A stretch of DNA of 42,022 nt. It comes from an uncultured Anaerolineales bacterium. Lineage in GTDB: Bacteria; Planctomycetota; Phycisphaerae; FEN-1346. The position numbers and the translations under genes were made by a program. The notes beneath the pieces were generated by a model, which saw nothing but the letters and a program-made list of their open reading frames with translations, had not been told where the DNA came from and did no database searches. The stretch is taken from positions 1 through 42,022 of the forward strand of contig CAYGWP010000582.1 of assembly GCA_964353455.1 (NCBI GenBank), written 5' to 3'. Positions 9,239 to 17,970 of this stretch are shown here, piece after piece; position 1 is the first letter of the stretch; each line of letters starts with the position of its first letter.

Positions 9239-9325
9239 AGTGCGGAGTGCGGATTGCGGAATGCGGAGTGAACAGAGTGCGCTGTGCGGCAACTCCTCCT
9301 CACTCCGCACTCCGAACTCCGCACT
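9239..9325. repeat. Heptamer tandem-repeat element with inverted arms
   Basis: Left arm agtgcgg agtgcgg attgcgg aatgcgg agtg (9239-9270); 30-bp spacer; right arm cactccg cactccg aactccg cact (9301-9325). Starts immediately after the TGA at 9236-9238. Confidence 0.9.
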
Positions 9326-9331
9326 AGTAAC

Positions 9332-9406
9332 TGGAGCCACCCTGGGGATTCGGACCCCAAACCCCCGCTTTACGAAAGCGGTGCTCTACCGTTGAGCTAG
9401 GGTGGC
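9332..9406 (-). tRNA. tRNA-Thr(CGT)
   Basis: GCCACCCTAGCTCAACGGTAGAGCACCGCTTTCGTAAAGCGGGGGTTTGGGGTCCGAATCCCCAGGGTGGCTCCA. Full cloverleaf, anticodon CGT, encoded CCA; T-loop TCCGAAT. Confidence 0.93.
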
Positions 9407-9420
9407 TCGCAGAATGCCGG

Positions 9421-9450
9421 ATTATATCGGCAAGATGCGGCCGGAATCAA
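9421..9450 (-). promoter_or_regulatory. Promoter of tRNA-Thr
   Basis: Minus strand TTGATT-N18-TATAAT, ending 14 nt before the tRNA 5' end. Confidence 0.6.
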
Positions 9451-9478
9451 CGGCTTTTGTGCGGCTGAGGAGGTTGGC

Positions 9479-10474
9479 ATGCGCATCTCCCTGTTGCGTG
9501 CCGCTGCCTTTCTCGTTTGCGCCACCGTGGCGCTGGGCGCAAGCAAGGCCTCCGTGGATCAACCCCCCGACGGCGACTACCGCCAGGCCATGCGCCAGTT
9601 CGTCCAGGACATCAGCGCCTACGCCAAGGGCCTGCGGCCCAGATTCGCCATCATCCCGCAGAACGGCCAGGAACTCCTGACGACCAACGGCGAGGCCAAC
9701 GGCCCCCTGGCCAAGGCGTACACCTCGGCCATCGACGGCGTCGGCCGCGAGGACCTCTTCTACGGCTACAACCGCGACAACGTCGCCACGCCCGCCGCAG
9801 ACCGCGATTACATGCTCGCCTTCACAGACCTGGCCAGGCGCATGAACCTCACCGTCATGGTGACCGACTACTGCTCGAAGCAGGCGCGGATGGACGATTC
9901 CTACGCCCAGAACGCCAAGCGCGGGTACATCTCGTTCGCCGCCAACCGGCGAGACCTCGACGACATCCCCGCGTATCCGAAGACGCCGTACAACGCCAGC
10001 ACCAGCGACGTCCGCCTCCTGAAGGACGCCAGGAACTTCCTCTACCTCATCGATCCCGGCCGTTTCAAGACCAAGAAGAAGTTCCTCGACGCCGTCCGCG
10101 CCACCAACCACGACCTGGTGGTGGTGGACCTCTTCTGGGACGTCGCGGCCCTGACGGCCGCCGATGTGACGGCCATGAAGCGCAAGGCCAACGGCCGCGC
10201 GCGCCTCGCCGTCGCCTACATGAGCATCGGCGAGGCCGAGGACTACCGCTACTACTGGAAGCCGGAATGGAAGCGGAACCCGCCGGCGTGGCTCGGCAAG
10301 ATCAACCCCGACTGGGCCGGCTGCTACAAGGTCCACTACTGGGACAAGAACTGGCAGGACATCATCTTCGGCAACAACTCGTCGTACCTGAAGAAGGTCC
10401 TGGATGCGGGCTTCGACGGCGCGTACCTGGACATCATCGATGCATTTGAATATTTCGAGGAAGGCGGCAGGTAG
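9479..10474 (+). CDS. Secreted MJ1477/TM1410-family putative glycoside hydrolase (endo-alpha-1,4-polygalactosaminidase-like, GH114-related)
   Basis: Signal peptide; IIPQNGQEL, IDGVGREDLFYG, AYMSIGEAEDYRYYW, GFDGAYLDIIDAFEYFE. Confidence 0.85.
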   Translation: MRISLLRAAAFLVCATVALGASKASVDQPPDGDYRQAMRQFVQDISAYAKGLRPRFAIIPQNGQELLTTNGEANGPLAKAYTSAIDGVGREDLFYGYNRDNVATPAADRDYMLAFTDLARRMNLTVMVTDYCSKQARMDDSYAQNAKRGYISFAANRRDLDDIPAYPKTPYNASTSDVRLLKDARNFLYLIDPGRFKTKKKFLDAVRATNHDLVVVDLFWDVAALTAADVTAMKRKANGRARLAVAYMSIGEAEDYRYYWKPEWKRNPPAWLGKINPDWAGCYKVHYWDKNWQDIIFGNNSSYLKKVLDAGFDGAYLDIIDAFEYFEEGGR

Positions 10475-10491
10475 CCTTCCCGGGAATCGTG

Positions 10492-11313
10492 CTACGGCGG
10501 CGGGGGTGCGGGCTTCGCATCAGGCGCCTTCTTCGACGGCGCCTCTTCCTTCTGCGGCTTCAGGAGAAACCGCGAGAACCGGCTCTCGATGACCTTGCCC
10601 GACTTATCGACGCTCAGCGTCGCCATCGGTATAGCGTTGCCCCCCGAATAGACCCGCTTCAGGACGAACTCCGTCCTCCCGTCCGGGTCCGGGGCGCTCC
10701 GCGTAAGGACGCAGTCCTGCGTAAAGGCAAGCATCTCCGGGTAGTCCAGGTTGGCCGGCGCCGCCATGAACGAGACCTTCTGAATCTCGCCGGGCTTCGG
10801 CAGCAGCCGCGGGGCATAGTACAGGAAACCAGGATACGAGAGCACCACCCCTTGGGGCACCGTCACGTCCTTGGTGCTCTGGAGGGGCGTGTTGAGCGGC
10901 TTCTGGTCCTTGTCGGCGTAGCCCGTGATGCCGACCTTCACGGAAGAAGCGGAGAACTCGAACGTCCCCTCCATGAGTTTGAAGGACGCCATGCGCGTGA
11001 CGGCTTTGCCCCGCTGGGGCCGCGGCTGGTCGGCGCCCTTATAGACCATCTGGGCGTCGAAGCCGGCATCCTTGCTGCCCATGGGCGCCTGGAACTCCTG
11101 CTCCAGGATGGCCACGTCCCTGACGGTGGTGGCCTTGAGGCGCATCCGCCCGACCTTCTGAAGCGGGTCGCCGGAATAGACGTCGTAGAGGAACTGCTCG
11201 GTCGTGATGGTCGCCGCGGCGACCGGCGGCGCCTGCGCGTCCGACCGTCCCGCCCCGGCGCCGAGCGCCACGCAGCAGATCGCCGCCGTCATCACCCATG
11301 GAGGTGATCGCAT
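10492..11313 (-). CDS. Hypothetical secreted protein
   Basis: Typical codon usage, signal peptide (AAICCVALGAGAG), Pro/Lys-rich tail. Start could also be the GTG at 11325. Confidence 0.75.
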   Translation of the reverse strand: MRSPPWVMTAAICCVALGAGAGRSDAQAPPVAAATITTEQFLYDVYSGDPLQKVGRMRLKATTVRDVAILEQEFQAPMGSKDAGFDAQMVYKGADQPRPQRGKAVTRMASFKLMEGTFEFSASSVKVGITGYADKDQKPLNTPLQSTKDVTVPQGVVLSYPGFLYYAPRLLPKPGEIQKVSFMAAPANLDYPEMLAFTQDCVLTRSAPDPDGRTEFVLKRVYSGGNAIPMATLSVDKSGKVIESRFSRFLLKPQKEEAPSKKAPDAKPAPPPP

Positions 11314-11321
11314 ACATTCCC

Positions 11322-13013
11322 TCACAATCGCCCCGACCTCAGGATTGCGAACGCCAGCCAGGCGCCGAGAAACCCCGCAACGAGAAAACCGAGAATCCCC
11401 AGGACAGAGATGTCGGTGTCAAACACCTTCGGCCCGACGCGGGCCTGGAGGAGCACCGCGGACCCGAGGATCGAGGCCGCCACGATCATCGCGAACGCGA
11501 TCCGGTTCGACGACCGGTCCAGTTCCGTGATGAACCGTTCGAGGTTCTCGTGGCGGAAGAGGATCTGTAGCCGCCCGCGCATCACCTTCCGGGCCAGTTG
11601 CCTGAGTTGCCGCGGCCCCTGCTCGGCCAGCGTCACCAGGTGGTAGGCCGCGGCCGCGCCCTCGTGCAGGAGGTGCTTCGGCGAGAACTTCTCGGTCACG
11701 AGGCCGTGGATCTTCGGCTTGACGACCTCAACGAGGCTCATGTCCGGGTCAAGGTCCATCGCCACGCCGCCCACGGTGACGAGGCTCTTGCCGAGAAGTA
11801 TCAGATCGCGCGGCAGGATGACGCGGTGGCGGCGGGCTGCGGCCGTGATCTCCTCAAACAGGCTCTTCAGGTCCAGCCGCTTGATGGGAATTCCAGCATA
11901 CTTATCTACAAGTCCAGCCAAGTCGGCCTTCAGGCGCTCGGCGTCCACATCGTCCGGCAAGGCCGCCAGGTCGTCCAGGACGTCCATGACGATGTCGAAG
12001 TCGCGGTGCATTGCGGCGATGAGGCCGGTGGCCAGTTTCGACCGCATCTGCTCGCTCATCCGGCCGACCTGCCCGAAGTCCAGCACGCCGATCGTCTCCG
12101 GCGGCTGCACCACGAGGTTCCCGGGATGCGGATCGGCATGGAAGAGGCCCAACTCGAAGTACTGGCGCATGAAGCAGTCGGCCAGGTGGGAGGCCAGGCG
12201 CTTGCGGTCGGCGCCGGCGGCGGCCATCGCCCCGGTATCGTAGATCGGGATGCCTTCCAGGCGTTCCATCGTCAGCACGCCGGCAGTCGTGAGGTTCCAG
12301 AGGACGCGCGGCACGCGGATGCCTGCGGTGCCGGCGAACGCCTCGCCGAAGCGCTGCATGTTCGAGGCCTCGGCGATGAAGTCCGTCTCGCGGCGGACCG
12401 TCTGTGCGAACTCCTCCACCAGGAGGATCGGCCGGAAGATGCGGTACTCCGGCACATAGCGGTCGGCCAGTTCCGCCAGGCGGCCGAGGATGGCAATGTC
12501 GGATTCCAGCGTGTCGCGGATGCCCGGCCTCCGGACCTTCACGACGACGCGTATGCCTTCAAGAGTCCGGGCGTCGTAGGCCTGCGCGATGCTGCCGGCC
12601 GCAAACGGCTCGGCCGGGAACTGGCTGAAGAACCGCTCGACCGGGCCGCCGAGTTCGCGCTCGATCATCTCGCTCGCCTCGGCGGTCGGAAACGGCCGCA
12701 CGCGGTCCTGGAGTTTCCGGAATTCCTCGATGTAAGCCGGCGGCAGAAGGTCCGCGCGGCTCGCGAGCACCTGCCCGAGTTTGACGTACGTGGCCCCCAG
12801 TTCCTCAAGCACGTGGGCCACGCGCGCCGCCATCGTCGGCTCCGCCACTTCCTCCGTCGAAGGCGCCCGCAGCATGCGTTTGCGGAACGGGACAAAGCGG
12901 TCCAGGTGCAGGCTGACCACGAGCCAGCCGAAGCCGTGCTTCGAGAGGACGCCGCCGACCTGGCTCAGGCGGCCGAGGTTCTTCAACTGACGCCCGAACG
13001 GAATCAGGGTCAT
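11322..13013 (-). CDS. UbiB/AarF (ABC1) family atypical kinase
   Basis: KLGQ (KxGQ), AAGSIAQ, VVKVRRPG, FHADPHPGN, LDFGQVG; two C-terminal TM helices. Confidence 0.93.
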   Translation of the reverse strand: MTLIPFGRQLKNLGRLSQVGGVLSKHGFGWLVVSLHLDRFVPFRKRMLRAPSTEEVAEPTMAARVAHVLEELGATYVKLGQVLASRADLLPPAYIEEFRKLQDRVRPFPTAEASEMIERELGGPVERFFSQFPAEPFAAGSIAQAYDARTLEGIRVVVKVRRPGIRDTLESDIAILGRLAELADRYVPEYRIFRPILLVEEFAQTVRRETDFIAEASNMQRFGEAFAGTAGIRVPRVLWNLTTAGVLTMERLEGIPIYDTGAMAAAGADRKRLASHLADCFMRQYFELGLFHADPHPGNLVVQPPETIGVLDFGQVGRMSEQMRSKLATGLIAAMHRDFDIVMDVLDDLAALPDDVDAERLKADLAGLVDKYAGIPIKRLDLKSLFEEITAAARRHRVILPRDLILLGKSLVTVGGVAMDLDPDMSLVEVVKPKIHGLVTEKFSPKHLLHEGAAAAYHLVTLAEQGPRQLRQLARKVMRGRLQILFRHENLERFITELDRSSNRIAFAMIVAASILGSAVLLQARVGPKVFDTDISVLGILGFLVAGFLGAWLAFAILRSGRL

Positions 13014-13093
13014 GCGACACTGCCTCCGCCTGAAGTTGGGACCGTGGCATTATAAGGCCGACTCGGCCACCCCTCACGTGGAAAATGGCGCAA

Positions 13094-13846
13094 TCACCAC
13101 GGCCCCGGCTCGTCGTAGTCGGCCGTGGCGACGACGGCCACATAGACCGCGGCGGCGCCGCCGGACTTCAGGACCTCCGTGCACTCGGCAACGGTCGTGC
13201 CGCTTGTCATCACATCATCCACGAGGAGGACGGCCTTGCCCTGAAGGTCAGAAGCGCGGCGGCCGACCTGGAATGCCCCGCGGACGTTCCTCCGCCGTTC
13301 GCCCGCCGGCAAGCCGCTCTGGTGCGGCGTCGGCCGCACGCGCAGGAGCCGTCGCCGGACCCGCGCCTTGCCGCCCGACTCGGCCACCGCGCCGGCCAGC
13401 AACTCCGCCTGGTTGTAGCCGCGCATGGCCTGCCGCGTCCAGTGCAGCGGCACGGGAACGATGAGGTCAACCGTATCGGCCCAGGGCGCCATGGCCAGAC
13501 GCTCCCCCAGCAGCCGCCCGAGGACCGCGGCGATCTGGGCCCGCCCCTGATACTTGTAGCGCAGGATCAGCCCACGCAGGGGGTCCGCGTACTGGCCGAT
13601 GCGGACGGTCGCATCATGCTGGATGGGATACAGGCGGCAGAACATGCACCCCTGTTCATCCGCCGTGTGAGGGCCGGCGTGGCGGCCGCAGCGCGGGCAG
13701 TACGGCGCGGCCACAAGAGCGGCGAGCGCCCGGCCGCAGGGATCGCAGAACGGAAATCGCCGGTCGGCCGGCGCCGGCCCGTCGCACGCCGCGCAGTGCG
13801 TCGGGAGCATCAGTTGGCGGAACGCCGCCAGGAGCGGGCCAAACAT
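13094..13846 (-). CDS. comF: ComF-family protein (zinc ribbon plus phosphoribosyltransferase fold)
   Basis: Four CxxC pairs; IVPVPLH, RGYNQAELLA, NVRGAF, LLVDDVMTSGTT. Start placed at ATG 13846, 6 nt after TATAAT. Confidence 0.88.
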   Translation of the reverse strand: MFGPLLAAFRQLMLPTHCAACDGPAPADRRFPFCDPCGRALAALVAAPYCPRCGRHAGPHTADEQGCMFCRLYPIQHDATVRIGQYADPLRGLILRYKYQGRAQIAAVLGRLLGERLAMAPWADTVDLIVPVPLHWTRQAMRGYNQAELLAGAVAESGGKARVRRRLLRVRPTPHQSGLPAGERRRNVRGAFQVGRRASDLQGKAVLLVDDVMTSGTTVAECTEVLKSGGAAAVYVAVVATADYDEPGPW

Positions 13847-14020
13847 GGCGGCATTATAACGTGTGCCGTGGCAGCGCGCGGGCAAAATCAGTGTGATCCC
13901 CGGCGTATTCACGGGTGGCTAACGATGAACGAAGCCAGCGCGGCCTTGTCTGGCGGAGGGTTTTGCGATATGCTTGCCTGACGCGTTAAGGGGCCGGGGG
14001 GCCCTCGAGGTCGATACGGA

Positions 14021-15208
14021 ATGCGGATCCTTTACCGCTACATCCTGATGGAGATGCTGAAGGCGCTGGCGCTGGCGGTGGCGGCAGTGTCGGGGGTGGT
14101 CTGCTTTGCGCTGGTTCTGTCGGCGCTCCAGCAGCACGGCATGGGTCCGGCTTCATCGCTTCTGTACATGGTGCTCTCGTGGCCGGGAGCGGTGCACCTG
14201 GCCCTGCCGCTGGCATCGGTGCTGGCGGCAACGCTGGTCTATGGCCGGCTGGCGGCCGACAACGAACTCATGGCCTGCCGCGCAAGCGGCATCCCCCTCT
14301 CGAGCCTCTTCTGGCCGACGATCCTGCTGGCCCTTGTGGCCGCGGCCGCGCACCTGGGCCTGGCGTCCTGGCCCATGCCCGAAAGCAGTTATGCCGCCAA
14401 GTGCCTCGCCCGTGCCGACATCGAGCGGTTCTTCTTCACGCGACTCCAGACGACCGGCACGATCCGCCTGAAGGAAACCAACTTCCAGATCACCGTGGAC
14501 CGCGTCGTCGGCGACATGCTCTACGGGCCGACCCTGAAGTACCGCGACTCGAAGAACGGCCAGACCTACTGCTATGCCCCATACGGGCGCGTGGAGTTCG
14601 ACTCGAAGAACAACCGCGCCAAACTCGCCCTCTGGGAAGCCCTCATCGTGGATGAGACCCACGCCTCGCCGATCCGGGCCACGCACGTCGTGTCGGTGGA
14701 AGTGCCGTCCTACACGCCGCGCAGCGAAGACGACCTGACGCTCTGGTACCTCCTGGCGGTCCAGCACAACCCTGCGCTGTCGGACCGTGTGCGCACGCTG
14801 GGCGAGGGGGCCTCGCCGCAGACCGTCCAGCGGATGAAGGAGTCGGCGCGGGCGCGGGCGCTGTCGGAGTTGCACGGACGACTGGCGGCGGCCCTCGGAT
14901 GCTTCGGACTCGTGCTGCTGGGGGCCGGCCTGGGCGTCTATTTCCACAGCGGGCACCTCCTGACGGCGTTCGGCGTCGCCCTTGCGCCCTGGCTGGGGTC
15001 CACGGTCCTCACGATGGCGGGCATGAAGTGGGTCGCCCGGACGCCCGCCTCGCCCGACAGCATCGTCTGGGCCATCTGGGCGCCGAACGTCCTTGTGACG
15101 GCCGCCAGTCTCCTGTTCCTGGGTTACCTCATCTGGATCTGGTCGAGCCCGCTACGGTGGCGGGTCCTGACGGCCATACGGCCCGTAGGGGGAGGACGGC
15201 GCGGATGA
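14021..15208 (+). CDS. lptF: LptF/LptG-family permease (LptF-like)
   Basis: MRILYRYIL, YGRLAADNELMACRASGI, WAPNV; 3+3 TM layout. Confidence 0.85.
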   Translation: MRILYRYILMEMLKALALAVAAVSGVVCFALVLSALQQHGMGPASSLLYMVLSWPGAVHLALPLASVLAATLVYGRLAADNELMACRASGIPLSSLFWPTILLALVAAAAHLGLASWPMPESSYAAKCLARADIERFFFTRLQTTGTIRLKETNFQITVDRVVGDMLYGPTLKYRDSKNGQTYCYAPYGRVEFDSKNNRAKLALWEALIVDETHASPIRATHVVSVEVPSYTPRSEDDLTLWYLLAVQHNPALSDRVRTLGEGASPQTVQRMKESARARALSELHGRLAAALGCFGLVLLGAGLGVYFHSGHLLTAFGVALAPWLGSTVLTMAGMKWVARTPASPDSIVWAIWAPNVLVTAASLLFLGYLIWIWSSPLRWRVLTAIRPVGGGRRG

Positions 15209-16365
15209 TCAAGATCCTCGACCGCTACATCCTCCAGACGTTCCTGGTGTCGCTGGCCATCGTGCTGGTGGCGATGATGGGCCTGTCGCTCCTGCTGGAC
15301 CTGGTCTTTAACATCGGCAAGTTCCTCGACCTCTCGACCGAGGTCGGCAGGATCGGTTACTGGGGCGTGCTGGCCGGCATCTGCGACTACTACTTCTACA
15401 AGATGTTCGACTACTTCCAGATGCTGGCTGCGCCGAGCCTGCTGGTGGCGGCGGCGGCGTCGCTCGTGCGCCTCTCGCGCGGGCGGGAACTGGTGGGCGT
15501 CAAGGCGGCGGGCGTCAGCCTGTACCGCGTCCTCTGGCCGATGATCGTCGTCGCACTCGTCGTGGACGGCTTCTACCTCTTGAACCAGGAACTCGTCATT
15601 CCGCGGATCGTCGTTGAACTGTCGCGCGACCCGGACGAGACGGAGGTCCAGGACAAGTTCCCGGTCGATTTCATCCGCGACGAGAACAACAACATCATTT
15701 ACGCGCCCATCTTTGACCCTGCCACAAAGGAGATGCTTGCCGAGCCAAAGAAGTTCGCGAGCGGCACCGTCGCCTTCATGGCCAGGGTGCGGATATTCCT
15801 GAGGGACTCAAAGTACCTGACTCGCGGCACGATCGAGGCCGAGCGGGCCGTCTGGGACGCCACCGAACACGCCTGGCGGTTGACGAAGGGCCTGAGGTTG
15901 CCCCCCCCCAGGGAGACCGACTTGCTGGACCGCGCCCCGGCGGAGTCGGAAGGGACGCCCCTTTCCATCTACTACACCAACGTCGGGCCGGACGAAATCC
16001 AGCGACACCGACGCAGCGACTTCCACCGCTACATGTCGTACTCGGAGCTGAAGGCCCTGGCCGAAGACCCGATGCGCGGCAACCGCCGCCAACTCCAGGT
16101 TGCGATGCACCAGCACGTGACCGGGCCGATCATGAACATCCTGTTGTTGCTCCTGGGCCTGCCGTTCGTCGCCGGTCGCGACGACCGCAACTACTTCGCC
16201 GGCATCGGGGTGGCGGTGGGCCTCGTGATAGGCGTGTTCGCCCTGTCATTCGCCTCGACGGCCTTCGGGAACGCCGGCCACATCGGCCCCCTGCTGGCCG
16301 CCTGGCTGCCGGTGTTTGTGGTCCTGCCGGCCAGCATCCTCTCGATGGAATCCCTGCGGACGTAA
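15205..16365 (+). CDS. lptG: LptF/LptG-family permease (LptG-like)
   Basis: MIKILDRYIL, RELVGVKAAGVSLYR, PLLAAWLP. ATGA overlap with the upstream gene. Confidence 0.85.
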   Translation: MIKILDRYILQTFLVSLAIVLVAMMGLSLLLDLVFNIGKFLDLSTEVGRIGYWGVLAGICDYYFYKMFDYFQMLAAPSLLVAAAASLVRLSRGRELVGVKAAGVSLYRVLWPMIVVALVVDGFYLLNQELVIPRIVVELSRDPDETEVQDKFPVDFIRDENNNIIYAPIFDPATKEMLAEPKKFASGTVAFMARVRIFLRDSKYLTRGTIEAERAVWDATEHAWRLTKGLRLPPPRETDLLDRAPAESEGTPLSIYYTNVGPDEIQRHRRSDFHRYMSYSELKALAEDPMRGNRRQLQVAMHQHVTGPIMNILLLLLGLPFVAGRDDRNYFAGIGVAVGLVIGVFALSFASTAFGNAGHIGPLLAAWLPVFVVLPASILSMESLRT

Positions 16366-16439
16366 CGGCAGTTCAGCCTGTCACACGACCTCTCTCGTTG
16401 CGGCGGCAATGCTTGCCCGCGATGGTCACGGGGCCTGGG

Positions 16440-16469
16440 GTTCCCCAAATTCGTGTTCCCCAAATTCGT
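16440..16469. repeat. Perfect 15-bp tandem direct repeat overlapping a -35 box
   Basis: gttccccaaattcgt x2; the last T is the first T of TTGACA. Confidence 0.85.
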
Positions 16470-16497
16470 TGACAGGCGGTGGCGGCCGCTCTACAAT
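16469..16497 (+). promoter_or_regulatory. Sigma70-type promoter for the GT4-GH57 genes
   Basis: TTGACA-N17-TACAAT. Confidence 0.75.
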
Positions 16498-16599
16498 TGC
16501 AGTGTTGAGGGGTGTTGGCACGGCGCACAACGTGGACGAGAGGGGTTGGCGGGGTTTGCGCGCTTCTTCCGAGAAACGCGCAGGGTGAGAGTGTCGGCG

Positions 16600-17970
16600 A
16601 TGCGTATCCTCATGTTAGGGTGGGAGTTTCCGCCTTTCATCAGCGGCGGCCTGGGAACCGCCTGCTACGGCTTGGCCAAGGCCCTCGGCGAATTGGGCAC
16701 CGAAATCCTCTTCATCCTGCCGCGCTGCAAGGCGGACCAGCAATTCGACCGCGTGCGGATCCTCTCAACGCCCGAGAATCGCCCCGGCCGCGCGGCCCAC
16801 ACGTACTGGACCGTCGAAGGCCTGGAGCACGTGCGGCTGATCCCGGTGTCCGCCGCCCTCAGTCCATACAAGTCCGAGGAAGAGTACCTGAAGGAGGAGC
16901 GCGAGCGGCGCGAGCGTGGCAAGGCCGTCACGGAGGATGCCGATGGCGTGGCGAAGTCCCCCCCGCCCTTAACGGACTGGCGGGCGCCGGCCTCGGCGTC
17001 CGTGCCCACCAGCCTCGGCCTCATATCGAGCCCCGACATCTACGGCGGAGACCTTTTCACCGAGGTCCACCGCTACGCGCGGATCGTGGCGGAGATCGCG
17101 CGGCATCACGAGTTCGACGTCATCCACGCGCACGACTGGATGACGTACCCGGCAGGCCTGTCGGTGGCGGCCTTGAGCGGCAAGCCCCTCGTGGTCCACA
17201 TCCACTCGACGGAGTTCGACCGCAGCGGCACGAACGTCAACCAAAGGGTCTATGACATCGAGCGGGCGGGGCTGCACGGCGCCGGGCGGGTCATCTGCGT
17301 CAGCCGCTTCACGCGAGACATCGTCACGAGCCGCTACGGAGTGCCGGAGTCGAAGTGCCGCGTGGTCTATAACGCCATCACCGTCAACGGCGAGCCGATC
17401 CCATCGACCGTCAAGTCGATCGAGAAGGACGACAAGATCGTCCTCTTCCTGGGGCGAATCACGATGCAGAAGGGGCCGGAGTACTTCCTTGCAGCGGCCA
17501 AGAAGGTCATCCAGGTAATGGACAACGTGAAGTTCGTCATGGCCGGGTCGGGCGACATGATCCGACGAATGATCGAACTTGCGGCGGCCATGGGCATCGG
17601 GCACCGCGTGACCTTCACGGGCTTCCTGCGGGGCGACGACGTGGACCGGATCTACGAGATGGCGGACCTGTACGTGATGCCCTCTGTGAGCGAGCCGTTC
17701 GGCCTTGCGCCGCTTGAGGCGCTGTCGCACGACGTGCCGGTGCTCATCTCGAAGCAGAGCGGCGTGTCGGAAGTGCTGACGCACGCGCTGAAGGTTGACT
17801 TCTGGGACATCAACGAAATGGCCAATAAGATCATCGCGGTGCTGCGGCATCCGCCGCTCCAGAAGACCCTGAGGGAGCACGGGGCGTTCGAGGTCCGGAA
17901 GTTCGCCTGGTCCGATGCCGCCAGATCGTGCGTGGATGTCTATCACGAAGCCGTCGAAGGCAAGAGATAA
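16600..17970 (+). CDS. GT4-family glycosyltransferase (glycogen synthase-like)
   Basis: MRILMLGWEFPPFISGGLG, IHAHDWMT, LFLGRITMQKG, PSVSEPFGLAPLEA. Confidence 0.9.
   Translation: MRILMLGWEFPPFISGGLGTACYGLAKALGELGTEILFILPRCKADQQFDRVRILSTPENRPGRAAHTYWTVEGLEHVRLIPVSAALSPYKSEEEYLKEERERRERGKAVTEDADGVAKSPPPLTDWRAPASASVPTSLGLISSPDIYGGDLFTEVHRYARIVAEIARHHEFDVIHAHDWMTYPAGLSVAALSGKPLVVHIHSTEFDRSGTNVNQRVYDIERAGLHGAGRVICVSRFTRDIVTSRYGVPESKCRVVYNAITVNGEPIPSTVKSIEKDDKIVLFLGRITMQKGPEYFLAAAKKVIQVMDNVKFVMAGSGDMIRRMIELAAAMGIGHRVTFTGFLRGDDVDRIYEMADLYVMPSVSEPFGLAPLEALSHDVPVLISKQSGVSEVLTHALKVDFWDINEMANKIIAVLRHPPLQKTLREHGAFEVRKFAWSDAARSCVDVYHEAVEGKR

Noticed and set aside
9300-9406. tRNA-Thr as an integration site
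   Set aside because: No duplicated tRNA 3' end or integrase seen nearby, and the flanking genes look core-like.
15901-15909. Poly-C9 tract in lptG as a phase-variation site
   Set aside because: In frame (LPPPR), in a probably essential gene of a high-GC genome; no supporting evidence.
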